From an uncultured Gemmatimonadales bacterium (GTDB lineage: Bacteria > Gemmatimonadota > Gemmatimonadetes > Gemmatimonadales > GWC2-71-9), in contig CAWJMT010000012.1 of NCBI GenBank assembly GCA_963844035.1, forward strand, positions 1 to 64,000: a DNA stretch of 64,000 nt, in the 5' to 3' direction. The first letter of the stretch is position 1, and the number at the start of each line of letters is the position of its first letter. Shown piece after piece: positions 29,489 through 38,213 of the stretch. The notes under the pieces are model-generated. The model was not told where the DNA came from. It did no database searches and saw only the letters and a list, made by a program, of their open reading frames with translations. Both the position numbers and the translations under genes were made by a program.

Positions 29489-29920
29489 TTACCTCGGCAC
29501 CCGGGGATCCGGGACCCCGGTGCATATCGCTTGTTCGGGGTCCTGCTCGCAATCGCCGGGCGGCCCGGCAATGGACACGATGGTCGCGCTTTGGCCGTTC
29601 GACCCGACGCCGACAAGAAATGCGGCCATGCCGATGGTAATGCCGCCAATCAACAGCGCCGTGCGCATAGGGGCGTTCGACTGCACGCGCACGTCCTTGA
29701 CCCGGGCGCTGGGCATCTTCTCGCGGTGCCGGCCGACGTACCCCACCAGCGTGTCGCGCACGATCTTGGGCTCGTACATGAGCGTGACCGACTGGTCATG
29801 CTCCGTCAGCCAGACGCGCTCCGGTGCCATGAGGGTCATCTGGTCCAGGGTCACGGACTTCATCCTGCTGCACGCGGCGCTCGCGAGGGTCGCGAGGAGC
29901 AGGGCGCAGATGATTTTCAC
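29489..29920 (-). CDS. Uncharacterised lipoprotein, tandem paralogue 3
   Basis: GTG start coupled to the upstream stop; LASAAC lipobox; shared core, TM helix, CEQDPEQAIC. Confidence 0.82.
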   Translation of the reverse strand: MKIICALLLATLASAACSRMKSVTLDQMTLMAPERVWLTEHDQSVTLMYEPKIVRDTLVGYVGRHREKMPSARVKDVRVQSNAPMRTALLIGGITIGMAAFLVGVGSNGQSATIVSIAGPPGDCEQDPEQAICTGVPDPRVPR

Positions 29921-30342
29921 TGTGGGGTCCCGCTGCAGATCTCTTGCTCGGGATGCTTGTCGCAATCGCCAGGCGCGCCGGCCATAGTTGTCGTTGGTGT
30001 CTGACTTGTGCCGTTCCCCGAAACAGCGACCAGCATGCCGACGAAGCCGACGGTGAGGCCGCCCACCAATAGCGCGGTGCGTGCGGGGGCCTTCGTCTGG
30101 ACGCGCACCTGCTTGACCCCGGCGCTCGGCAACTTCTCCCTGTGCTTGCCGACGTACCCCACCAACGTGTCGCGCACGACCTTGGGCTCGTACAGGAGCA
30201 CGACCGATTCGTCGCTCTCCGTCACCCAGACGCGCTCGGGTCCGAGGTGGCTCATCTGGTCCAGCGTAACGGTCCTCATCCTCGAGCAGGCAGCGCTCGC
30301 GAGGGTCGTGAGGAGCAGGGCGCAGATGATCGGACGCGTCAT
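29917..30342 (-). CDS. Uncharacterised lipoprotein, tandem paralogue 2
   Basis: ATGA overlap; LASAAC lipobox; shared core, TM helix, CDKHPEQEIC. Confidence 0.82.
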   Translation of the reverse strand: MTRPIICALLLTTLASAACSRMRTVTLDQMSHLGPERVWVTESDESVVLLYEPKVVRDTLVGYVGKHREKLPSAGVKQVRVQTKAPARTALLVGGLTVGFVGMLVAVSGNGTSQTPTTTMAGAPGDCDKHPEQEICSGTPQ

Positions 30343-30755
30343 TCGGGAACCCCGGTGCAGATGGTCTGCTCGGGGTCGATGTCGCAATAACCAGCCGGGC
30401 CGGTCGTGGACGTGATGGGCGCGCTTTCGCCGGTTCCGCTACTGAGGACAGCGAACCCGATGAAGCCGGCCGCGATGCCGCCCACCAACAGCGCGGTGCG
30501 GGCGGGGGCCTTCGACTGCACGCGCACGTCCTTGACCCGGGCACTGGACATCTTCTCGCGGTGCCGGCCGACGTATCCCACCACCGTGTCGCGCACGATC
30601 TTGGGCTCGTACATGAGCGTGACCGACTGGTCTTGCTCCGTTATCCAGACACGCTCTGGTCCCATAAGGGTCATCTGGTCCAGTGTCACGGACTTCATCG
30701 TCTTGCAGCCAGTGCTCGCCACGGCGGCGAGGAGGAGGCAGATGAACAGACGCAC
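30339..30755 (-). CDS. Uncharacterised lipoprotein, tandem paralogue 1
   Basis: AGAGGT RBS plus GTG; ASTGC lipobox; shared core, TM helix, CDIDPEQTIC. Confidence 0.82.
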   Translation of the reverse strand: MRLFICLLLAAVASTGCKTMKSVTLDQMTLMGPERVWITEQDQSVTLMYEPKIVRDTVVGYVGRHREKMSSARVKDVRVQSKAPARTALLVGGIAAGFIGFAVLSSGTGESAPITSTTGPAGYCDIDPEQTICTGVPE

Positions 30756-30860
30756 GGTCAGACCTCTATCTGTGGTGGAAGCACGGTTGCCAAGAAACCA
30801 AGTGTCGTTTGCGGAGAATGCAAGTGGCAGGCCACCGGAATCGGGCATAGAATGGCACCC

Positions 30861-32144
30861 ATGATCGGATTACTCCTGTTCGCTCTCATCGCCTCGCCCG
30901 CACAGGGCCAAGCCCCCGACACGGCCGATCAGCTCCCCATTCCACGCGCCGCTCAAGCCAGTGAGTACTTCAACGCGGCGGCCGCCACGCAAAGCTACCT
31001 CGCCACGGTCCCACCAGAGAAACGGGCCCGCAGCGACGCCTACTTCGAGGGCGGCTACTGGCTGATCCTGTGGGACGCGCTGGCCTCGGCCGGGATCTAT
31101 CTGCTCCTGCTCGGCCTGGGGTGGTCCGCCCGGATGCGCGACGCCGCCGAACGGCTCACGCGCTTCAGGCTGCTCCAGACCGCCCTCTACTGGCTGCAAT
31201 TTCTCGTCGTGACATCGGTGATGCTGTTTCCCCTCACCGTGTATTCGGGGTTCTTCCGAGAGCACCACTATGGGCTCTCGACGCAAGCGTTCGGCTCGTG
31301 GCTGGGCGACCAGCTCAAGGGCCTGGCGGTCGGAATCGTGCTCGGCGGTGTGTTCATGTGCGTGATCTACGAGGTGCTGCGGCGCGCCCCGCGCACCTGG
31401 TGGATCTGGGCCAGCGCAGTGAGCATCGCGTTCCAGATGTTTACTGCATTGATCGGCCCCGTGTTTATCGCGCCACTCTTCAACAAGTACACCAAGCTCG
31501 AGGACCCACGGGTGCGCGATCCGATCCTGAGCATGGCGCGGGCGAATGGCATCCCGGCCCATGACGTGTTCGTCATGGATGCCTCGCGGCAGTCGAACCG
31601 CGTGAGTGCCAACGTGAGCGGGCTGCTGGGCACGGACCGCATCACCATCAACGACAACCTGTTGAAGCGCTGCACACTTCCCGAGATCAGGGCCGTGATG
31701 GGTCACGAAATGGGACACTATGTGCTCCACCACATCTACAAGATGATCCTGTTCCTCGGCGTGTTGACCGTGCTGGGCTTCGCCCTCCTTAAGTGGGCCT
31801 CGGCCCGGGCTGTGACGCGCTGGGGCGGGCGCTGGCGGGTGCGCGGCGTGGACGACACTGCCGCCCTGCCGCTGCTGGGGCTGCTCGTCGGACTGTACTT
31901 CCTGGCGCTCATGCCGGTCACCAACACCTTCATCCGGACCCAGGAGTTCGAGGCCGACATCTTCGGCCTGAACGCCGCCGCCGCGCCCGACGGGATGGCG
32001 CTGGTCGCGTTGAAGCTCGGGGACTACCGCAAGCTCGATCCCGGCCCGATCGAGGAGTTCATCTTCTTCGACCACCCAAGCGGGCGCGCCCGCATTCAGG
32101 CCGCAATGAGATGGAAAGCGGAGCACCTGCATCCGGGCTCGTGA
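30861..32144 (+). CDS. M48 family (Ste24-like) membrane zinc metallopeptidase
   Basis: Multiple TM segments, IAPLFNKY, ANVSG, HEMGH, EFEAD, DHPS. Confidence 0.92.
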   Translation: MIGLLLFALIASPAQGQAPDTADQLPIPRAAQASEYFNAAAATQSYLATVPPEKRARSDAYFEGGYWLILWDALASAGIYLLLLGLGWSARMRDAAERLTRFRLLQTALYWLQFLVVTSVMLFPLTVYSGFFREHHYGLSTQAFGSWLGDQLKGLAVGIVLGGVFMCVIYEVLRRAPRTWWIWASAVSIAFQMFTALIGPVFIAPLFNKYTKLEDPRVRDPILSMARANGIPAHDVFVMDASRQSNRVSANVSGLLGTDRITINDNLLKRCTLPEIRAVMGHEMGHYVLHHIYKMILFLGVLTVLGFALLKWASARAVTRWGGRWRVRGVDDTAALPLLGLLVGLYFLALMPVTNTFIRTQEFEADIFGLNAAAAPDGMALVALKLGDYRKLDPGPIEEFIFFDHPSGRARIQAAMRWKAEHLHPGS

Positions 32145-32221
32145 CCCGGGGAATACGCCCTAAGGTCCCGCCCGTGACGCATCGCACAGCGGCGCTGGCG
32201 CGGGGGCGAGTAAAATGGTGC

Positions 32222-32578
32222 ATGGCTGGTAAGCGCTGGGCACGGTTACGGGTTGACTTGGACCTGCCCATGCGACGGGGCGCTTGGTACCGCGTTCGCG
32301 ATCTCAGCCCCCTGGAAGCAGTTATCGAAATCAACCACACCACCCTCCCGGTCCCATCCGCGTTCCTCGATCTGGCCGACGTTCCACCCCGCCGTTGGGC
32401 CGTCGTGCCCCGGCCGGAAGGGGCGATCCGCATCCCGGACAGCTGGACGCGCTACGGGGTCTGCCCGAGCTGCCGGGAGCGAGTGCAACTGACACGCAAG
32501 CCCAGTGCGATGCAATGTCCGCGCTGTAATAGCATATTCGAGGTCGGCTGGGACGAACCCTTCGATCCAGGTCTCTGA
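32222..32578 (+). CDS. Uncharacterised zinc-ribbon protein, paralogue 1
   Basis: RRGAWYRV, PPRRWAVV, CPSC...CPRC. Confidence 0.8.
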   Translation: MAGKRWARLRVDLDLPMRRGAWYRVRDLSPLEAVIEINHTTLPVPSAFLDLADVPPRRWAVVPRPEGAIRIPDSWTRYGVCPSCRERVQLTRKPSAMQCPRCNSIFEVGWDEPFDPGL

Positions 32579-32603
32579 AACAGACGTTTTCGGAGGATCT
32601 CGC

Positions 32604-32965
32604 ATGACGGGAATTCAATGGGCGCGGCTGTCCGCCGATGTGGACTGCTCGTTGCGCCGTGGCGCCTGGTACCGGGTGACCGCCGTCGGGGGTCTGCAGT
32701 CGACGGTCGAAGTAGGGCGTAAGCCCCAGTCCGTCCCGAGCTATCTGCTGCAAATCGTCACCGCTCCGCCGCGGCGCTGGACCGTGGTGCCGCGCCCTGA
32801 CAGCGCGGTGCGCATGCCCCGCGAGTGGGGAAGCAGTACGCCGTGTGCCCCAGCTGCCGCGAGCGCGCCGCGCTCCCCCCCAAGGGTCGTGCCCGCACCC
32901 TGACCTGCGATCGCTGCCGTGGGGACTTTGAAGTCAACTGGGCCGAGGGCTACCTCGCGCCTTGA
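32604..32965 (+). CDS. Uncharacterised zinc-ribbon protein, paralogue 2 (frameshift near 32830)
   Basis: GGAGG RBS; RRGAWYRV, PPRRWTVV, CPSC...CDRC after frame correction. Confidence 0.78.
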
Positions 32966-32970
32966 TGGAT

Positions 32971-32990
32971 CCCCGGGCTGACGCCCGGGG
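32971..32990. repeat. Perfect GC palindrome with TGAC loop (REP-like or terminator stem)
   Basis: CCCCGGGC-TGAC-GCCCGGGG. Confidence 0.5.
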
Positions 32991-32995
32991 CCAGT

Positions 32996-33022
32996 TGTAA
33001 CCTTTTCTCGCTCCCACCCGTC
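32996..33022 (+). promoter_or_regulatory. Candidate ECF sigma promoter
   Basis: TGTAAC-17 nt-CGTC upstream of the 33094 gene. Confidence 0.4.
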
Positions 33023-33093
33023 ATGTCCCTCGCAACCCGGGGGAACCGCCGTCTCCGGCGCGCAAATCAGCACATCGGCAGACAGGAGCGAGA

Positions 33094-33409
33094 ATGCGCG
33101 TCCACGCAGTGCTACTGGGATTGTTGGTGACCGCCGGCTCCGCCTACGTCGCCCAGCTCGCAGTCGCTTCCGCTGGGTTTGAGCGCGTGAGCGCCCCGTC
33201 CCCCACAGGGCGGGGATATGCTGGGGCCAGGCGAGCTCTGGTATGGCGGAGTGATCGAGCCCGTGACCGTCGAGGCGATGCGCGTGGCCAGCCCGGCCGT
33301 CGCGGTCGCGGCTCGTCAGGCGTCAGCGAGTGAGTGTCTCCGCCTCGCGCACCCCCACCCGCCGCCGCCCCGCTCGCGCATGCGACCGGACGTCGGATGG
33401 ACTCGATGA
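33094..33409 (+). CDS. Small exported hypothetical protein (frameshift near 33215)
   Basis: AGGAG RBS, hydrophobic N-terminus, WYGGVIEPVTVE segment in the second frame. Confidence 0.55.
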
Positions 33410-33438
33410 TGTAACGGCGGGCGCTTAGCTTCCATGCC

Positions 33439-34277
33439 GTGCGTCCCTCGACACTCGGCATCATTGGACTCGGCGCGATCGGCGGCTCGGTCGCGCGGCA
33501 GGCGAAGCAGGCCGGCATAGCACGGTGCTCGGGTGGTCGCCCGATCGAGCGGAGCGCACCGCCGCCCTCGAGCAGCGAGCGATCGATCAAGCGCCGGCCG
33601 ATGCGGCCGGCGTGGCGCGCGCGGCCGACCTGCTCGTGCTCGCCGCCCCGCCCGCCGCCAACCTCCAGCTGCTCGAAACACTCCACCCCCTGCTGCGCCC
33701 CGACGCGCTTGTCACCGACGTCGGCTCCGTGAAGCGCGGCATCGTCGCGCGCGCCGAGGCGCTAGGGCTAGGCGCACGATTCGCCGGGAGTCATCCCCTC
33801 GCCGGCACTCACGATCACGGCTTCGAGGCGTCGCGCGGCAACCTGTTCGCCGGCGCGATCGTGTACGTCACGCCGGCCCGCGGTGGTGAACGGGCCGCCC
33901 GGGACGTGGGCCATTTCTGGGAAACGGTGCTCGGCGCTCGCGCGGTGGCCATCGACGCCGCGGCGCACGATGCCCAGATGGCGGTGACGAGCCACCTGCC
34001 GCAGGTGGTCGCGTCGCTGCTCGGCTACTACCTCGCCGCGCACGCCGCCGGCGCCACACTCGGTCCCGGCGCCAAAGACACCACCCGCCTCGCCGCGAGC
34101 GAGCCGGGCCTCTGGACGGAAATCCTGCTGATGAATCGTGACGTGCTGCTTCCGGCACTCCGATCGCTGGAGGAGCCCCTGGGAGAACTCTCGCGCGCCC
34201 TCGAACAGGGCGATGCGGCGACCGTGACCGCCTGGCTGGCGCGCGGCTCCGATTGGCGCCGGACGATCGGTCCATGA
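33439..34277 (+). CDS. tyrA: Prephenate/arogenate dehydrogenase (frameshift near 33522)
   Basis: GIIGLGAIGGS, TDVGSVK, GSHPLAG, HD...SHLP, DTTRLAAS. Confidence 0.92.
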
Positions 34278-35545
34278 AGGTCCGGGGCAGCGTCCGGCCG
34301 CCGGGCGACAAGAGTATTTCCCATCGCGCGTTGCTCGTGGGTTCGCTGGCACAGGGCAAAGGGGTGAGCCAGTTCACCGGCCTGCTCACCGGCGAAGACG
34401 TGAAGAGCACGGCGCGCGTGCTGCGGCAGCTCGGGGCGACGATCAGCCCCGTGCGCGAGGGCGCGGTGGTGACGGTCCGCGCCAAGAAATTCAGCCGGGC
34501 GCGAGGGGACCTCGACTGCGGCAATTCCGGCACCACCGCGCGGCTGCTGCTCGGCGTGCTGGCGGGGCAGCCGTTCCGCGCGCGCCTCACCGGCGACGCT
34601 TCGCTGCGGCGCCGGCCGATGCGGCGGGTGACCGAGCCGCTCAAGGCGATGGGGGCGGAAATAGAAGAGGAAGTGGCCAACGCGCTGCCGCTCACGATCC
34701 GGGGCGGGGCGCTGCGGCCGCTCACCTACACCACCCCGGTGGCGAGCGCGCAGATCAAGAGCGCGCTGCTCCTCGCGGGGCTCACGGGCCAGGTGCGTGT
34801 CACGCTGCGCGAGCCCTACCTCTCGCGCGACCACACTGAGCGCATGTTCGTGCATCTCGGCCTCAGTCTCCATTTGCGCGACGGCGCGATCGTGTACGAG
34901 CCGACGCCGCACACGAGCATCGCGCCGTTCCGGCTTGCCGTGCCGGCTGACCCCTCGTCGGCGGCATTTCTGGTGGCGACAGCCGTGCTCGCCGAGGGCG
35001 GCGAGCTGCTGGTCGAACAGGTAGGGGTGAACCCGACCCGCACCGGATTTCTGGTCGTGCTCGAGCGCATGGGCGCGCACGTCGAGCGTGTGAACCTGCG
35101 CGACGAGGGCGGCGAGCCGGTGGCCGATCTGCTCGTCCGCCCGGCGACAGCGTTGCGGGGCACCGTGGTGGCCGCACCCGAAATTCCCACGCTCGTGGAC
35201 GAGGTCCCGATCCTGGCGGTGGTGGCGAGCCGCGCCGTGGGTGAGACGGTGTTTCGCGATGTGGGCGAGCTGCGCGTGAAGGAGAGCGACCGCCTCGAGC
35301 TGATCGCGAGCAACCTGCGAGCCGTGGGTGTCGAGGCCGAAGCGCGCGGCAACGATCTGCACGTGCAGGGCAGCAATGCGCCGCCGCGCGGCCGGGTCGA
35401 GACGGCACTCGATCACCGTCTCGCGATGGCGTTCGCGGTTCTTGGCACGCTGCCGGGGGCGGACGTGCGCCTCTCGGAGCGGGCCTCGGTGGCCATCAGC
35501 TATCCCGGCTTCTTCGCGGACTTGCGGAGGATTCGGGCAACGTGA
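34274..35545 (+). CDS. aroA: 3-phosphoshikimate 1-carboxyvinyltransferase
   Basis: PGDKSISHR, DCGNSGTT, ASAQIKSA, SRDHTE, RVKESDR, DHRLAM. Confidence 0.97.
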   Translation: MKVRGSVRPPGDKSISHRALLVGSLAQGKGVSQFTGLLTGEDVKSTARVLRQLGATISPVREGAVVTVRAKKFSRARGDLDCGNSGTTARLLLGVLAGQPFRARLTGDASLRRRPMRRVTEPLKAMGAEIEEEVANALPLTIRGGALRPLTYTTPVASAQIKSALLLAGLTGQVRVTLREPYLSRDHTERMFVHLGLSLHLRDGAIVYEPTPHTSIAPFRLAVPADPSSAAFLVATAVLAEGGELLVEQVGVNPTRTGFLVVLERMGAHVERVNLRDEGGEPVADLLVRPATALRGTVVAAPEIPTLVDEVPILAVVASRAVGETVFRDVGELRVKESDRLELIASNLRAVGVEAEARGNDLHVQGSNAPPRGRVETALDHRLAMAFAVLGTLPGADVRLSERASVAISYPGFFADLRRIRAT

Positions 35546-36243
35546 TTCCGCGCGTCATTGCGATCGATGGGCCAGCCGCGTCAGGGAAATCATCGACCGC
35601 GGCGGCGGTGGCGCGTCAGCTGGGGTGGGGACATTTCGACTCGGGAGCGTTGTACCGGGCAATTACTCTGGCAGCGCTCGACAACTTGGGGGAAGCGGGA
35701 AGGGGGAAGGGGGACGAGTGGTCGCCGCAGCGGATTTTGGCGCTCGCGGAAGACCTCCCGGTACGGCTGGTGCTGGTGAACGATGTGTTCAGGCCCGAGA
35801 TCGCGGGCGTGGACGTCGCGAAGGCGATTCGTGCGGAGCGGGTGACCGAGCGGGTCTCCGGGGTAGCCGCGGTGCCGCAGGTGCGCGCCTGGGTGAACGC
35901 CCGTCAGCGCCAGGCCGTCCTCGATCATCCCCGCGGCGTGGTGGTGGACGGCCGCGACATCGGCACGGTGGTGTTTCCCGACGCTCCGCTCAAGGTGTTT
36001 CTCACCGCCAGTCCGGAAGAGCGGGCGCGGCGCCGGCTGCTGCAACGCCGGGAGCCGGTCAACCCGGCGGACGTGCAGCGGGAGGCGGCGATCCTCGCGG
36101 AACGGGATCGCGCCGACTCGACGCGCGCTGTGGCACCCCTCAAACCCGCCGCCGACGCTGTGGGTCTGGACACGACTTCGATGGACCAAGCCCAACAGGT
36201 GAGCCACGTTGTGGCGCTGGCGCGCGACCGCCTCCCCGGCTAG
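35542..36243 (+). CDS. cmk: Cytidylate kinase
   Basis: IAIDGPAASGKS, DSGALYR, DGRDIGTVVFP. Confidence 0.96.
   Translation: MIPRVIAIDGPAASGKSSTAAAVARQLGWGHFDSGALYRAITLAALDNLGEAGRGKGDEWSPQRILALAEDLPVRLVLVNDVFRPEIAGVDVAKAIRAERVTERVSGVAAVPQVRAWVNARQRQAVLDHPRGVVVDGRDIGTVVFPDAPLKVFLTASPEERARRRLLQRREPVNPADVQREAAILAERDRADSTRAVAPLKPAADAVGLDTTSMDQAQQVSHVVALARDRLPG
35688..35716. repeat. G-rich heptamer array (SGGGAMG)4 inside cmk
   Basis: GGGGAAG CGGGAAG GGGGAAG GGGGACG encodes GEAGRGKGD. Confidence 0.85.
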
Positions 36244-36315
36244 GTTCACAAGTTCCGCCACGAGCAAGGTGTTCGCGGCACATGTCCAAACCCACAACCG
36301 GAGCAGTGCAACTGC

Positions 36316-38058
36316 ATGTTGGTAGACACCCAGGACCTCGAGGATAAATCCGAGGGTCCTTCCAAGCCGGTCCCCCATTCCCCCCTGCGTGTTCGTTCCG
36401 ATCTCAACGAGGAGTACTCGGCCGACGAAATCGCCAGAATGACGGATCTGTACGAGGGAACCCTCTCGAACATCCAAGAAGGCGAAATCGTCAAGTCCAA
36501 AGTGCTGCGGGTGACCGACACCGCGGTCATTCTGGATGTGGGATTCAAGTCCGAAGGCGCCGTAGCGATCGACGAGTTCAAGGATCCCCACAGCCTGAAG
36601 GAAGGCGACATCGTCGAAGTCTTCCTCGAGCACCTCGAGGATCAGGAAGGGGCGGTCGTCCTCTCGAAGAAAAAAGCCGACTTCATGCGGGTGTGGGAAC
36701 GCATTCGCGAAGCGCACGAGAAGGACGAGGGCGTCAGCGGGACGCTGGTGAAGAAGATCAAGGGCGGCGTGGTCGTGGATCTGATGGGGGTGGACGCATT
36801 CCTCCCGGGCAGCCAGATCGCGCTCCGGCGGGTGCCGAACATCGACGAGCTGCTGGGGCAGAGCTTCGAGTTCAAGATCATCAAGCTCAACAAGCGGCGC
36901 CGCAACATCGTCGTGAGCCGCCGCGTGCTGCTCGAGGCCGAGCGCAAGACCAAGCGCGACGTCCTGATGAAGGAGCTGCAGGTCGGCCAGGTGCGCAAAG
37001 GCGTCGTCAAGAACATCACCGACTTCGGCGCCTTCATCGATCTGGGCGGCGTGGACGGACTGCTGCACATCACCGACATGAGCTACGGCCGCGTGTCCCA
37101 TCCGTCGGAGATGGTTCACATCGGCCACGAGCTCGAGGTGAAGGTGCTCGACATCGATTGGGAGCGCGAGCGCATCAGCCTGGGGTTGAAGCAGCTCCAG
37201 GCGTACCCGTGGAAGAACGTCGCCGCCAAGTATCCGGTCGGCACGCGGGTCCAGGGGAAGGTCGTGTCGATCACGAACTACGGCGCGTTTGTGGAGCTCG
37301 AGCCCGGGATCGAGGGCCTGGTGCACATTTCGGAGATGAGCTGGACGCGCAACGTGCGCCATCCGTCGAAGATCGTGTCGATCGGCGAGACGATCGAGGC
37401 GGTCGTGCTCAAGGTGGACGAGACCGAGGAGAAGGTCTCGCTCGGCATGAAGCAGACCGAGGAAGATCCGTGGATGGCGTTGCCGCAGAAGTATCCGGTG
37501 GGCACGCGCATCAACGGCAAGGTGCGCAACCTCACCTCGTTCGGCGCCTTCGTCGAAATCGAGCCGGGGATCGACGGGCTGATCCACATCTCGGACATGT
37601 CCTGGACCAAGCGGGTGCAGCACCCCTCGGAGCTCGTGAAAAAGGGCGACGAGGTGGACGTGCTGATCCTCAACGTCGATGCCGAGAACAAGCGCATCTC
37701 GCTCGGCCTCAAGCAGGCCGACGAAGACCCGTGGCTCAAGATCGGTGAGACCTATCCGGTCGGCACCGAGCTGCGCGGCCGCGTGGTACGCCTGATGGAC
37801 AAGGGCGCCGTCGTGGATCTGGGGAACGACATCGAAGGGTTCATCCCGATGTCGCAGTTCGGCATCCCCGACGTTCAGAATCCGGCGGATGCGGTCAAGG
37901 AAGGGCAGGCGGTCGAAATGAAGGTCCTGGAGGTGGACCCCATCCACCATCGGATCGTGATGGCGGCTACCTCGTGGCCCGAGGGTGACATTATTCCCCC
38001 GACGCCGTTGCCGCCGCCGCCGCCGGATGACAAACCCGAAGTAGAGCGCGGACCGTAG
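36316..38058 (+). CDS. rpsA: 30S ribosomal protein S1
   Basis: Six S1 domains (DVGFKSEG, AFLPGSQI, FGAFIDLGGVDGLLHITD, GIEGLVHISE). Confidence 0.97.
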   Translation: MLVDTQDLEDKSEGPSKPVPHSPLRVRSDLNEEYSADEIARMTDLYEGTLSNIQEGEIVKSKVLRVTDTAVILDVGFKSEGAVAIDEFKDPHSLKEGDIVEVFLEHLEDQEGAVVLSKKKADFMRVWERIREAHEKDEGVSGTLVKKIKGGVVVDLMGVDAFLPGSQIALRRVPNIDELLGQSFEFKIIKLNKRRRNIVVSRRVLLEAERKTKRDVLMKELQVGQVRKGVVKNITDFGAFIDLGGVDGLLHITDMSYGRVSHPSEMVHIGHELEVKVLDIDWERERISLGLKQLQAYPWKNVAAKYPVGTRVQGKVVSITNYGAFVELEPGIEGLVHISEMSWTRNVRHPSKIVSIGETIEAVVLKVDETEEKVSLGMKQTEEDPWMALPQKYPVGTRINGKVRNLTSFGAFVEIEPGIDGLIHISDMSWTKRVQHPSELVKKGDEVDVLILNVDAENKRISLGLKQADEDPWLKIGETYPVGTELRGRVVRLMDKGAVVDLGNDIEGFIPMSQFGIPDVQNPADAVKEGQAVEMKVLEVDPIHHRIVMAATSWPEGDIIPPTPLPPPPPDDKPEVERGP

Positions 38059-38060
38059 GC

Positions 38061-38198
38061 TAGACGCACAGACGCATAGACGCACAGACGGTGAATAGCG
38101 AAAGGGGGACAGGACAGGTCTGTCCCCCTTTCTTACTGTTTACCACTATGCGTCTATGCGCCTATGCGTCTGCCTATGCGCCTGTGCGTCTATGCCCC
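38061..38198. repeat. Inverted octamer arrays (YAGACGCA)4 ... (TATGCGYC)~6 surrounding the rpsA terminator
   Basis: Left arm 38061-38092, right arm 38147-38198. Confidence 0.93.
38100..38134 (+). terminator. Intrinsic terminator after rpsA
   Basis: GAAAGGGGGACAG-GACAGGT-CTGTCCCCCTTTC-TT. Confidence 0.8.
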
Positions 38199-38213
38199 TA
38201 GATTCTGTCCACT

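Noticed and set aside
29489..30755. Diversity-generating retroelement template/variable repeats
   Set aside because: All three copies are full coding paralogues, differences are not adenine-specific, and there is no reverse transcriptase in the window
18396..33409. Prophage or integrative element at tRNA-Leu
   Set aside because: No integrase, transposase or phage genes, and I found no duplicated tRNA 3' end
36245..36251. TTCACAA upstream of rpsA as a Rex site
   Set aside because: Half-site only, with no matching TTGTGAA arm
35590..38085. Long antisense ORFs (831 aa opposite rpsA, 833 aa opposite pnp, 619 aa opposite dxs, and others)
   Set aside because: Shadow frames expected from high-GC codon bias; no recognisable motifs
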